NCBI GenBank assembly: GCA_002716765.1
Contig: PBBY01000016.1
Location: 47,322-111,321 of the forward strand
DNA length: 64,000 nucleotides
Source: Candidatus Magasanikiibacteriota bacterium
GTDB taxonomy: Bacteria > Patescibacteriota > Patescibacteriia > Magasanikbacterales > UBA922
Direction of reading: 5' to 3'
Position numbers and translations under genes: made by a program. Position 1 is the first letter of the stretch. Every line of letters begins with the position of its first letter. Shown here one piece after another: positions 48,206 to 59,521 of the stretch. The notes beneath the pieces were generated by a model. It saw nothing but the letters and a program-made list of their open reading frames with translations. It searched no databases and had not been told where the DNA came from.

Positions 48206-48880
48206 CTATTTTTTTAACGTCACACCTGTAATAACAATAGGGTCAACTGGATTATCCCTTCCATCTGTTTGGGATGACTCAATCGTAGTAACAACATCCA
48301 TACCCTCAACAACATAACCAAAGTTTGTGTGTCGCATATCTAGGTGTGGTGTTTCTTCTGCGGTCACAATAAAAAACTGAGATCCGTTTGTATTTGGTCC
48401 GGCATTTGCCATAGCTAAAGATCCACGAACAATCTTATGCGTGTTAAATTCATCACCAAAACGATATTCTGGTCCACCTGTCCCGTGTTGCATTCTGTCT
48501 GAATTTTTACTTAACGGATCACCACCTTGAATCATGAAATTGGGAATAACACGATGGAATGTAGTGTCATTGTAAAAACCTGACTCAGCGAGGTTAAGGA
48601 AATTGTTTACTGTAATTGGCGATTCTTCACCATAAAACGCTAAAGTAATATCCCCTTTATTAGTATGTAAGACTGCACCAGAATAGGTTTGGCGTAAATC
48701 TTTGTGATCTGGGAGGTGTGTTGTTTTTTCCATATGTTTTTTTGAATTAATAATCTCTTTAGAATCTACTTTTTTTGAGTCATTAATATTATTAGTAGGC
48801 ACAGATGTTTGTCTAGCGCAACCAGAAACAATCAAAACCATGATTATTACAAAGAAACGAATGACATGTTGTTTAGTCAT
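48206..48880 (-). CDS. Peptidyl-prolyl cis-trans isomerase (cyclophilin), lipoprotein
   Basis: FHRVIPNFMIQGGDP cyclophilin signature. N-terminal signal with lipobox-like IVSGC. Confidence 0.85.
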   Translation of the reverse strand: MTKQHVIRFFVIIMVLIVSGCARQTSVPTNNINDSKKVDSKEIINSKKHMEKTTHLPDHKDLRQTYSGAVLHTNKGDITLAFYGEESPITVNNFLNLAESGFYNDTTFHRVIPNFMIQGGDPLSKNSDRMQHGTGGPEYRFGDEFNTHKIVRGSLAMANAGPNTNGSQFFIVTAEETPHLDMRHTNFGYVVEGMDVVTTIESSQTDGRDNPVDPIVITGVTLKK

Positions 48881-48896
48881 AAGAGAGAAAATAAGA

Positions 48897-51285
<2,389 letters not shown>

Positions 51286-51316
51286 ACTTGTTGGTTAATA
51301 GAAATAGTTGGACTAT

Positions 51317-52807
51317 TTATGCATTATATTGATCACAAATATCCTTCAAGCCACCCTGCACATCATCATTCCACACGCCGTCACGAATACTTTCCAGAAT
51401 AGCAGACTTAGTCTTTCGCGCAAATGTAATGAGTTTTTCTTGCTCACTCTGTATATCTGCTACAGGAACAGCATCAAAATACCCATTTCCAGCAGCGTAA
51501 ATAACCAACACCTGCTCTTCTACAACCATTGGTGCATATTGTGGCTGTTTTAATAATTCTGCAAGTCTTTGACCTCTGTCAATTTGTTTTTTTGTATCTA
51601 CATCAAGATCGCTACTAAATTGCGCAAAGGCTTCAAGTTCACGAAACTGCGCCAGACTTAATTTCAGTGAACCAGCAACTTTTTTCATTGGTTTTTTCTG
51701 TGCGTTTCCCCCAACACGTGATACAGAAAGCCCAACATTTAGTGCAGGTCTTACCCCTTTGTTAAAAAGCTGAGTCTCTAGATAAATTTGACCATCTGTA
51801 ATGGAAATAACATTTGTAGGAATATATGCCCCAACATCACCTGCTTGTGTTTCAATAATTGGCAAAGCTGTAATTGAACCACCTCCATTTTTTTCATCTA
51901 AATTACAGGCACGCTCAAGAAGACGAGAATGCAAATAAAACACATCTCCAGGATATGCTTCACGTCCCGGTGGCCTTCGAAGAAGCAGGGACATTTCTCT
52001 GTATGCCCAAGCTTGTTTTGTAAGATCATCATACACAACAAGGACGTCTTTACCCTTATCCGCAAAATATTCTGCAATTGTTGCTCCTGTATATGGTGCT
52101 AAAAAACTCATTGGCGCTGGCTCACTAGCAGCAGCCGAAACAACAACCGTGTAATCCATAGCACCTGCCTCACTAAGTTTAGAAACAATCCGTGCCACTT
52201 TTGACTCTTTTTGACCAATAGCAACATAAACACAAATCATGTCTTGATCTTTTTGATTTAGTATAGTATCTATGGCAATAGCTGTTTTTCCTGTCTGGCG
52301 GTCACCAATAATAAGTTCTCGCTGACCTCTTCCAATTGGAATAAGTGCGTCGATCGCCTTGATACCAGTTTGCATCGGCTGGTTCACTGGTGTTCGAGTC
52401 ATTACTCCGGGAGCCACACGTTCAATAGGATACTCTTTTTTTCCTTTAATAGACGCCTTACCGTCGACAGGCTCCCCAAGAGCATTTACCACACGACCAA
52501 TAAGTGCATCTGAAACAGGAATGGACATAATTTTTCCCGTACGCTCAACAACATCCCCTTCTTTAATATTGGTATAGTCACCTAGAATAATAGCACCAAC
52601 AGTATCCTCTTCAAGATTTAGTGCAAGACCACGTGTACCGTCCTCAAAAACAACCATTTCTTGTGATTGACAGCCAGATATTCCGCTCATTCGCACAATA
52701 CCATCACCAACCTCAATCACTCGACCAACCTCTACAACTTCTGGCTTGGTATCAAAATCATTAATTTGTTTTTTTAGCTTTGCAACTACTTGATCTGTAT
52801 ATGACAT
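51317..52807 (-). CDS. atpA: ATP synthase F1 alpha subunit
   Basis: Walker [10 protein letters not shown]. 496 aa. Confidence 0.95.
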   Translation of the reverse strand: MSYTDQVVAKLKKQINDFDTKPEVVEVGRVIEVGDGIVRMSGISGCQSQEMVVFEDGTRGLALNLEEDTVGAIILGDYTNIKEGDVVERTGKIMSIPVSDALIGRVVNALGEPVDGKASIKGKKEYPIERVAPGVMTRTPVNQPMQTGIKAIDALIPIGRGQRELIIGDRQTGKTAIAIDTILNQKDQDMICVYVAIGQKESKVARIVSKLSEAGAMDYTVVVSAAASEPAPMSFLAPYTGATIAEYFADKGKDVLVVYDDLTKQAWAYREMSLLLRRPPGREAYPGDVFYLHSRLLERACNLDEKNGGGSITALPIIETQAGDVGAYIPTNVISITDGQIYLETQLFNKGVRPALNVGLSVSRVGGNAQKKPMKKVAGSLKLSLAQFRELEAFAQFSSDLDVDTKKQIDRGQRLAELLKQPQYAPMVVEEQVLVIYAAGNGYFDAVPVADIQSEQEKLITFARKTKSAILESIRDGVWNDDVQGGLKDICDQYNA

Positions 52808-52831
52808 ATAATAAATGAAAAAATATAATAG

Positions 52832-53218
52832 TTATAACTGGTGTGCCATCCTGTTAAGAATAGTACGAAAGCTCGCATCAATACGCTTTCCTTCAAAAGC
52901 TACCACGACTCCCCCAATGACTGAAGGGTCCACCACCTGCTTAACCATACTTTCGTCAAAGGAAAATGTTTTAGCGAGTTCCTTTTTCTGTTTTTCAGAT
53001 AAGGGAAAGGCGGTGGTAACAGATGCAGGAGTAACACCCTCTGCCTTCTGTGCATATTGGATAAACGAATGAATAATGTATGGTATTTTTGCCTTCATTT
53101 GTTGCGCAACAACCAGACGTAAAAATACTTTTATCGTCTTATCCACATCTTTTTTCTGACAATCTTTAGTAAGAAGGTATAATATTTTACCCATTTGTTG
53201 TGGTATAAGTTTGGGCAT
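52832..53218 (-). CDS. atpH: ATP synthase F1 delta subunit (OSCP), short form
   Basis: C-terminal DPSVIGGVVVAFEGKRIDASFRTILN matches the OSCP C-terminus. Start placed at MPKLIP just after the atpF stop. Confidence 0.7.
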   Translation of the reverse strand: MPKLIPQQMGKILYLLTKDCQKKDVDKTIKVFLRLVVAQQMKAKIPYIIHSFIQYAQKAEGVTPASVTTAFPLSEKQKKELAKTFSFDESMVKQVVDPSVIGGVVVAFEGKRIDASFRTILNRMAHQL

Positions 53219-53219
53219 A

Positions 53220-53726
53220 CTATTGGATACTCTTAATAATATCTGCAATGTTTTTTGTACTCTTCTTACTATCCATCTCATTCCCAAGAAGTTTTTTTGC
53301 CACTTCAACAACCAAAGATACTGCTTCAGCTCTTATTTCTTCTTTCATTTGTTTTTTTTCTTGCTTAATATGCGTCTTTGCTTCAAAAACGAGTTTCTCG
53401 ACATCTTCTTTTGCCTTGTTTCTCATTGTCTCGGCAACAGTTTTTGCCTCATCATGAGATTTTTCTACTATAATATTCCCCTCTTTCTTTGCCTGACTTA
53501 TTATCTCTTTTGCTTTTTGTTCCGCAACCTCCATTACAGTCTTTGACTGAGTAAAATTATCAAGCCCCTCTTGAATCATTTTTTTTCGCTCATCAATAAC
53601 ACGTAATAATGGAGGAAAAATAAAGCGCTTTATTAGTAAGAAGACAATAAAAAAATTAATAAGATTAAATAAACCCATTCGCCAATCAAAGCCTACTTTT
53701 GCCAATGTATCAATAATAAATTCCAT
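53220..53726 (-). CDS. atpF: ATP synthase Fo subunit b
   Basis: N-terminal TM (LFNLINFFIVFLLI), then a long charged helix (EAKTVAETMRNKAKEDVEKL…). Confidence 0.8.
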   Translation of the reverse strand: MEFIIDTLAKVGFDWRMGLFNLINFFIVFLLIKRFIFPPLLRVIDERKKMIQEGLDNFTQSKTVMEVAEQKAKEIISQAKKEGNIIVEKSHDEAKTVAETMRNKAKEDVEKLVFEAKTHIKQEKKQMKEEIRAEAVSLVVEVAKKLLGNEMDSKKSTKNIADIIKSIQ

Positions 53727-53825
53727 AAGATTATAAGAATAACGCAAGATGAAAAGTTCTATAAGAGAGGATCTCTCTTATACAACTCCCCACCCGTCAT
53801 TTAAGACAGGTTGAGTAAATCAAAA

Positions 53826-54041
53826 CTATACAATAAAGAATGCCACGAACGCATAAATAGCTGTTGACTCAGCAAGAGCAACCCCAATAATCATCTTTGT
53901 AAATATACTTCCTTCCATTTTTGGATTTCTTCCTATTGCCTCAAGTGCTTTTCCAATAAGATACCCTTCACCAATACCGGACCCAAACATTGAGATTGTA
54001 CACAAACCCTTTGCAATAAGTTTTGCTGATTCTATTTCCAT
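53826..54041 (-). CDS. atpE: ATP synthase Fo subunit c
   Basis: 71-aa hairpin proteolipid with a GSGIGEGY-type Gly-rich helix 1 and the conserved carboxylate helix 2 (VALAESTAIYAFV). Confidence 0.85.
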   Translation of the reverse strand: MEIESAKLIAKGLCTISMFGSGIGEGYLIGKALEAIGRNPKMEGSIFTKMIIGVALAESTAIYAFVAFFIV

Positions 54042-54131
54042 ATATAAAATTACTAAATGCACAATAACTGTGCCTAAATTAATTACCATTTCAAAGGTGT
54101 TTTATATAAACACCCTTAATAAGATAATAAA

Positions 54132-54914
54132 CTACCCATCACTTGGTCTTACTGCTAAAGAGTAGTATGCCGCAGTAAGTGCACCAAAGACAAGTGCTTG
54201 TAAAATACCAACTAGCAAATTCATAGCAAGCCATGGAGCAGGAATAATTAACGCAAAAGACCCAAGAAGAATTGCTGCTAGCACATCTCCGGCAAACATA
54301 TTTCCAAATAGACGTAACGAAAGCGAAATTACTTTTGCTATTTCAGACACTATATCAAGTAAACCAATAAAAAAGTCTACAATCGCCAAACAGCCGGCAC
54401 CAAAACCCTCTCTAAACCCCAGAAACACTTCTTTAAATTTGAAGAACTTGCCCAGGTGCCCAAAAAATCCCCACGAAACAATACTTGCAATATTAGTAAA
54501 TATAATCATCGCAAGCGCAATACTAAATGTCATATTAAAATCATTTGTTGCAGTCCTAAACAATTGAACCCCATCAAACGTAACCGAAGAAATTCCAGGA
54601 ATAAGCCCAATAAGATTACCCATCCCTAAAAAAATAAACAATGTCCCGATAAGAGGCAAAAGCACTTGTGCGGCAGCACGAGAACCAACTACCGAAGTTA
54701 GAAGATCAAGAATTGCACCAACAAGCATTTCTATAGAAATCTGAAAACGACCCGCTCTTGTCTTTGTAAACCAAGACGCCCAGACAGCCATAAGAAAGAT
54801 GCAAAATAGAACTAAAACACCCATAAGCATGGCGTTTGTAAGCGGGATACCAAAAAATTCTACGACAGTTTCTGGTTGAACATTAGGTTGTGGTGTTGTA
54901 ACTTGAAAAAACAT
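54132..54914 (-). CDS. atpB: ATP synthase Fo subunit a
   Basis: 260 aa, 5-6 TM. Conserved Arg-containing helix (ISLSLRLFGNMFAGDV). Confidence 0.85.
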   Translation of the reverse strand: MFFQVTTPQPNVQPETVVEFFGIPLTNAMLMGVLVLFCIFLMAVWASWFTKTRAGRFQISIEMLVGAILDLLTSVVGSRAAAQVLLPLIGTLFIFLGMGNLIGLIPGISSVTFDGVQLFRTATNDFNMTFSIALAMIIFTNIASIVSWGFFGHLGKFFKFKEVFLGFREGFGAGCLAIVDFFIGLLDIVSEIAKVISLSLRLFGNMFAGDVLAAILLGSFALIIPAPWLAMNLLVGILQALVFGALTAAYYSLAVRPSDG

Positions 54915-54923
54915 AAATAGTAT

Positions 54924-55199
54924 TTACTTATTCTCTCCTTTCTCTGATTCTTCCCTTTCTAAAGCAGCAAACTCTTTGTTAAGTTTTGTATATAGTCGAA
55001 TAACCCATACCCAAGAAAAAACAAAAGATACAAATAGACAGGCAAGCGTTCCATACGGTCGGATATTATACCGAAGATCAATAGCTTTTCCAGAAAAATA
55101 TGCAACAACAACTGGTATACCAAATATCAACAATATACGAAACATTAACATAAATGTTTTTTGTAGTAATATTTCTTTTTTACTACTTATATCAGACAT
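54924..55199 (-). CDS. AtpI/AtpZ-like small membrane protein
   Basis: 91 aa with two TM helices, directly upstream of atpB in the operon. Confidence 0.4.
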   Translation of the reverse strand: MSDISSKKEILLQKTFMLMFRILLIFGIPVVVAYFSGKAIDLRYNIRPYGTLACLFVSFVFSWVWVIRLYTKLNKEFAALEREESEKGENK

Positions 55200-55360
55200 A
55201 AAACTTGGATTAATTCACGAAAAGTATACCAACCAAAAACTGAACTGTCAATACACTCTTATTTTAATGAATTTCCCATAAGGAAGCAAATCGCCATAAA
55301 TTATCATAATACAGACATCAAATTCCTTTAGCAAAAACATAGAGGATATGACAAAACCCT

Positions 55361-55882
55361 TTATATCAGACCCAATTCTTTTATTTTATCAAGCGCAGTG
55401 CAGGTTATCCGCCGCTTACCAACTTGGTATATATTTTGAGCCAAACGGAGCGCTTGTTCATATGGTAACCACATACACTCATCAAAGTCTGTTTCTGCCA
55501 TAGTAAGGTTTTCTGTTGTTGCGTGCAGTACCATAAAGAAGTATGTTTTTCCTAACATAAAAACCTCCTTGCCACTATCTGTAAACAATGCCCGCGACCC
55601 TTGTTTACTTTCTGGAAACATCAGGGAATCTTTACCAACACAAACACCTCCCTCTTTTACCGTATCCATAAAACTATCTCCAAGCTCTTCAGTCATTTCT
55701 CTTTTTATAGCCTGTTGAATTGTTTCGTTATTATCTATCCCACCTTGTGGAAATTGCCACAAATTATATTGTTCCGAATAGACAAAAAGTACTTTTTTAT
55801 TATATATAAAACACCCAACCACTTGTGGGCGCATTCCTTCTTTTCTAATTTCATCTATTGCTAAAAGCGTTGGACTATTCAT
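55361..55882 (-). CDS. NUDIX hydrolase
   Basis: Nudix box GGIDNNETIQQAIKREMTEELG. Confidence 0.7.
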   Translation of the reverse strand: MNSPTLLAIDEIRKEGMRPQVVGCFIYNKKVLFVYSEQYNLWQFPQGGIDNNETIQQAIKREMTEELGDSFMDTVKEGGVCVGKDSLMFPESKQGSRALFTDSGKEVFMLGKTYFFMVLHATTENLTMAETDFDECMWLPYEQALRLAQNIYQVGKRRITCTALDKIKELGLI

Positions 55883-55890
55883 AGTTAGGT

Positions 55891-56736
55891 TTATATCATT
55901 AAACGTGTAAAAATTCTTTGTGCATTTTTTGTGGTAATGTCTGCCACCTCTTCAAAACTCATTCCTTTTATTTCTGCAATTGTTTTTGCCACCTCCTCTA
56001 CCATAAATGGCTCATTTCTTTTTCCCCTAAATGCTTGAGGCGCTAAATATGGCGCATCTGTTTCTATTAACATGCGATCAACTGGAATATTTTTTACAAC
56101 ATGAATTAATTCTTCTTGTGGTGTTGGGTTTGTTTTTTTCGCAGGAAACGAAATAATACCCGTAAAACCTAAACATAGATTATATTTCATGTATTCTTGG
56201 GCAAACTCCCAATTTCCTGTATAACAATGTACCGTTCCTGAAATTGGATAATCTATTTTTGATAAAATGTTGAGCAATTCCTTGTGCCCATCCCGACAAT
56301 GAATAACAACTGGCAAATCATGTTTGTGCGCAAAAGCAATATGATCTAAAAAAACATGAGTCTGCTTTTCTAAAACCTCTTCTTTTGAAACCTCTTTTGG
56401 TAAATGAAATAAATCAATCCCCGTCTCACCAATAGCTATTACTTTTTTTGATTGAACAAGTTGACTATAAAATGCACTATCAAAAGATTCTTCGCGAGAT
56501 AAAAAAGATGTTTCTTCTTCGTCAATATGTGTAGCATGTAAATGGACCGGATGTGTGCCGATGGTTGCATATACATTGGTATATGCTTCTGCCAAAGCAA
56601 CTGCTTTTTTACTGGTATTTTTTTGCGTACCAACAACATTTAATATAATATTCCGAGAGATCGCTCGATCAATCACTTCTGTAGCATCTGCTTTATATGC
56701 ATCAAATTGTACATGACAATGAGTGTCTACCAACAT
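55891..56736 (-). CDS. tatD: TatD-family metal-dependent DNase/hydrolase
   Basis: MLVDTHCHVQFDAY N-terminal motif. 281 aa TIM-barrel hydrolase pattern. Confidence 0.85.
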   Translation of the reverse strand: MLVDTHCHVQFDAYKADATEVIDRAISRNIILNVVGTQKNTSKKAVALAEAYTNVYATIGTHPVHLHATHIDEEETSFLSREESFDSAFYSQLVQSKKVIAIGETGIDLFHLPKEVSKEEVLEKQTHVFLDHIAFAHKHDLPVVIHCRDGHKELLNILSKIDYPISGTVHCYTGNWEFAQEYMKYNLCLGFTGIISFPAKKTNPTPQEELIHVVKNIPVDRMLIETDAPYLAPQAFRGKRNEPFMVEEVAKTIAEIKGMSFEEVADITTKNAQRIFTRLMI

Positions 56737-56739
56737 ATA

Positions 56740-57276
56740 TTAAGAGACTATTCGTTCTACAAAATCGATAGTAGTTTCAAGCACACGCATGGCCTCTGGT
56801 GCAAATGGAAGTAACATATCGATTGTACCAAGTGCATATGGCGCGACAATTGATTCTGCCACCTTCGCTATAATGGTGTCTGAAAAGGGATACTTTACAA
56901 TTAAGTAGACTAAAAATCCCACTGTTATAATTCCTTCAGCAGCACCAAACACAGCACCAGCTAGACGGTTAAATGCCGCGATAAATGGGAGTTTGGCAAC
57001 AACATTAAGCACTTTTCCAATAAACCAAAAAACAATACCAACTAAACGATTTATAATAATAAACGCAACAATAAACATGACGATTCTGGCGGTATTACCA
57101 CTCCACCCAACATAATTCATAAGCCACCCAGCCATTACTTCATAATACCTACTAGCCAAATATACCCCAAGAATGGTTCCAAAAAGCGATCCAAGTGCCT
57201 GAATAAACCCAACCCAAAGACCAAATAGTGCAAAGGCAGCAATAGCTACCAAAAGAAGAATGTCAAAAAACCCCAT
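56740..57276 (-). CDS. cvpA: CvpA-family membrane protein
   Basis: MGFFDILLLVAIAAFALFGLWVGFIQ N-terminus typical of CvpA. Four TM helices. Confidence 0.7.
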   Translation of the reverse strand: MGFFDILLLVAIAAFALFGLWVGFIQALGSLFGTILGVYLASRYYEVMAGWLMNYVGWSGNTARIVMFIVAFIIINRLVGIVFWFIGKVLNVVAKLPFIAAFNRLAGAVFGAAEGIITVGFLVYLIVKYPFSDTIIAKVAESIVAPYALGTIDMLLPFAPEAMRVLETTIDFVERIVS

Positions 57277-57306
57277 AAGCTAATAAATAAATAAGTAAGA
57301 AAGTAA

Positions 57307-58806
57307 TTATACTTTGTTAAATAAATTTTCTCCTTTTACTACCACTCGCCCTTCTTGAAACCCTCCCCACTGTACCATATCGGTAAACTGAGTAGAATTA
57401 TCTAAAACACCACCCAGCTTTTGAGATAATTTTTCTGCTGCTTCTGGAATAATAGGTGTAATAGCAATAGTAATATGCCGTAAACACTCAACAAGTCTGT
57501 AAAGTAACTGATCAATATTTTGCTTTTCTTTTACTTTTTTCCATGGCTCTTCTGCAGATATAGTAGTATCGCACGCATGAACCAGTTTACAAATTATTTC
57601 TATTACTTTATGGAAATCGAATGATGTCATTGCTAATTGATACTCTTGCCAGAATTTTTCAGTTGCGAAAATATCTTCGGCAAACTTTGGTACTTTTCCA
57701 TTGGCGTATTTTTCTATCATCGTCAATATTCTAGACGTCAAGTTTCCGATTCCGTTTACCAAATGAGCGGTATAATACTCTTCACATTTTTGTGACGTGT
57801 AATCTCCATCATCAAAACTTGGTAATGCGCCCAATAAATAAAAACGTAATGCATCTGATCCGTATTTACCAACCTCTTCAACAGGGTCTATCACATTACC
57901 AATACTTTTACTCATTTTTTTATCATCCGACGTAATAAATCCATGAATATATATTTGTTTTGAGTGTGGTATTCCGGCAGAACACAGCATGGCTTGCCAC
58001 ATCGCAGATTGCTGTCGTAAATTATCTTTTCCGGCAACTTGTGTTCCTGGCCAATAGAGTTGAAAACCCCCCTCTTCTTTTGGCCAGTCAATCGTTGAGA
58101 TATAGTTTACCAACGCATCAAACCACACATACATAACATGTGCCTCATCTCCTGGAACAGGAACACCCCATGGCATTTTTTCTTTTATACGAGAAATGCT
58201 AAAATCTTGCAACCCGCCAGCTACAAAATTACGAATTTCTAATAGTCGATTTTTTGGTATAACAAATTCTGGATTATTATCGTATAAGTCTAATAATACT
58301 TGCTCATAGCGTGAAAATCGGAAAAAATAGTTTTCTTCATTAATATGTTCTATGGTGTATGTTGGGTGAATAGGGCACTTACCTTCAACAATTTCTGAAT
58401 CTGTTTTTTCTAATTCGCACCCAACACAATACTTTACTGTGTAGTTCTTTTTATATATATCGCCATTTTTTTCACATCGTCGCCAAAACTCCTGTGCAGC
58501 CTGAATATGTTTTTTGTCCGTGGTTCGAATAAAATGTGTATACGACAAATTTAGTGTAGACTTTAGTGCATCAAATTGCTTAGCAAATCCATCGCAATAT
58601 GTTTGTGGGTTCATTCCAGACTCAATGGATTTTCGGTAAATTTTTACCCCATGCTCATCTACTCCTGTATTAAACACAATGTCTTTTCCTAAAAGATGGT
58701 GAAACCGCGCCAACACATCTGCTTGAACAAATTCTAGCGCATGACCTAAATGCGGTTTTGCATTTACGTAAGGAAGTGTTGTAGTTATGTAATATGTCTC
58801 TTTCAT
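57307..58806 (-). CDS. metG: Methionine--tRNA ligase (short form)
   Basis: YYITTTLPYVNAKPHLGHALEFVQADVLARF (HIGH-type) and KMSKSIGNVI motifs. Start at MKETYY; the longer ORF to 58875 is possible. Confidence 0.9.
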   Translation of the reverse strand: MKETYYITTTLPYVNAKPHLGHALEFVQADVLARFHHLLGKDIVFNTGVDEHGVKIYRKSIESGMNPQTYCDGFAKQFDALKSTLNLSYTHFIRTTDKKHIQAAQEFWRRCEKNGDIYKKNYTVKYCVGCELEKTDSEIVEGKCPIHPTYTIEHINEENYFFRFSRYEQVLLDLYDNNPEFVIPKNRLLEIRNFVAGGLQDFSISRIKEKMPWGVPVPGDEAHVMYVWFDALVNYISTIDWPKEEGGFQLYWPGTQVAGKDNLRQQSAMWQAMLCSAGIPHSKQIYIHGFITSDDKKMSKSIGNVIDPVEEVGKYGSDALRFYLLGALPSFDDGDYTSQKCEEYYTAHLVNGIGNLTSRILTMIEKYANGKVPKFAEDIFATEKFWQEYQLAMTSFDFHKVIEIICKLVHACDTTISAEEPWKKVKEKQNIDQLLYRLVECLRHITIAITPIIPEAAEKLSQKLGGVLDNSTQFTDMVQWGGFQEGRVVVKGENLFNKV

Positions 58807-58944
58807 ACCTATAATTAATACCTTATCAATTATACCTATGATAGCACTTTCCTTAACTGCTGTCCACGAAAACACAAAAGTGGTGGCAATTCATAAAAAT
58901 ATTTGATATACTATATACAATTACCTATTTTTTATAGTAATAAA

Positions 58945-59520
58945 ATGGAACCTAAAAAAACAACACAACAGGAAGCTGAGGTACGACAACCAGAGGAATA
59001 TTTACCCAAGACAATACAACCAGAATATACCCGACCCACCCAACCAAAAGAGTTAGAAAAACCACCAATACCGCCGGAATTACCAAAAGAAGAAAAGGTA
59101 TATCAAGAATCAAAAGAAGTACCAAAAACAGCACAAGTCCCAGAAGCACCGCCAAAAAAGACAGAAGAAGGTATAGACAGATTAACAAAACTATTAAAAA
59201 GAAAGAAGCCTAAAAAAACACACATTCCACAAGTGCGAAACGACTTAACGGTGCAAATCGAAAAAATCTTAGAAGAAGGTCTAAAAGATGCCTACCAAGA
59301 GTTAACCATTACCCAAAAACAAGAATTTAAAATAAAAGGCGAAGAAATTACCTACGAAATCCAACAACTCGTAGGAGAAAACCGTGTAAAAGTAAAAAAA
59401 ATATTTACCCTTATTTTAGAGTGGCTTAAACTGCTTCCAGGAGTGAACAAATTCTTTTTAGAACAGGAAGCTAAAATTAAAGCCGATAAAATCATTTCTG
59501 TAAATAACAGATCTTCATAA
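58945..59520 (+). CDS. Hypothetical P/K/E-rich protein, disordered N-half and structured C-half
   Basis: Low-complexity PKE/PPE repeats then a helical C-terminal domain. Its stop is 1 nt before the next ATG, so the two genes are translationally coupled. Start ambiguous (TTG 58903 / ATG 58945). Confidence 0.4.
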   Translation: MEPKKTTQQEAEVRQPEEYLPKTIQPEYTRPTQPKELEKPPIPPELPKEEKVYQESKEVPKTAQVPEAPPKKTEEGIDRLTKLLKRKKPKKTHIPQVRNDLTVQIEKILEEGLKDAYQELTITQKQEFKIKGEEITYEIQQLVGENRVKVKKIFTLILEWLKLLPGVNKFFLEQEAKIKADKIISVNNRSS

Positions 59521-59521
59521 T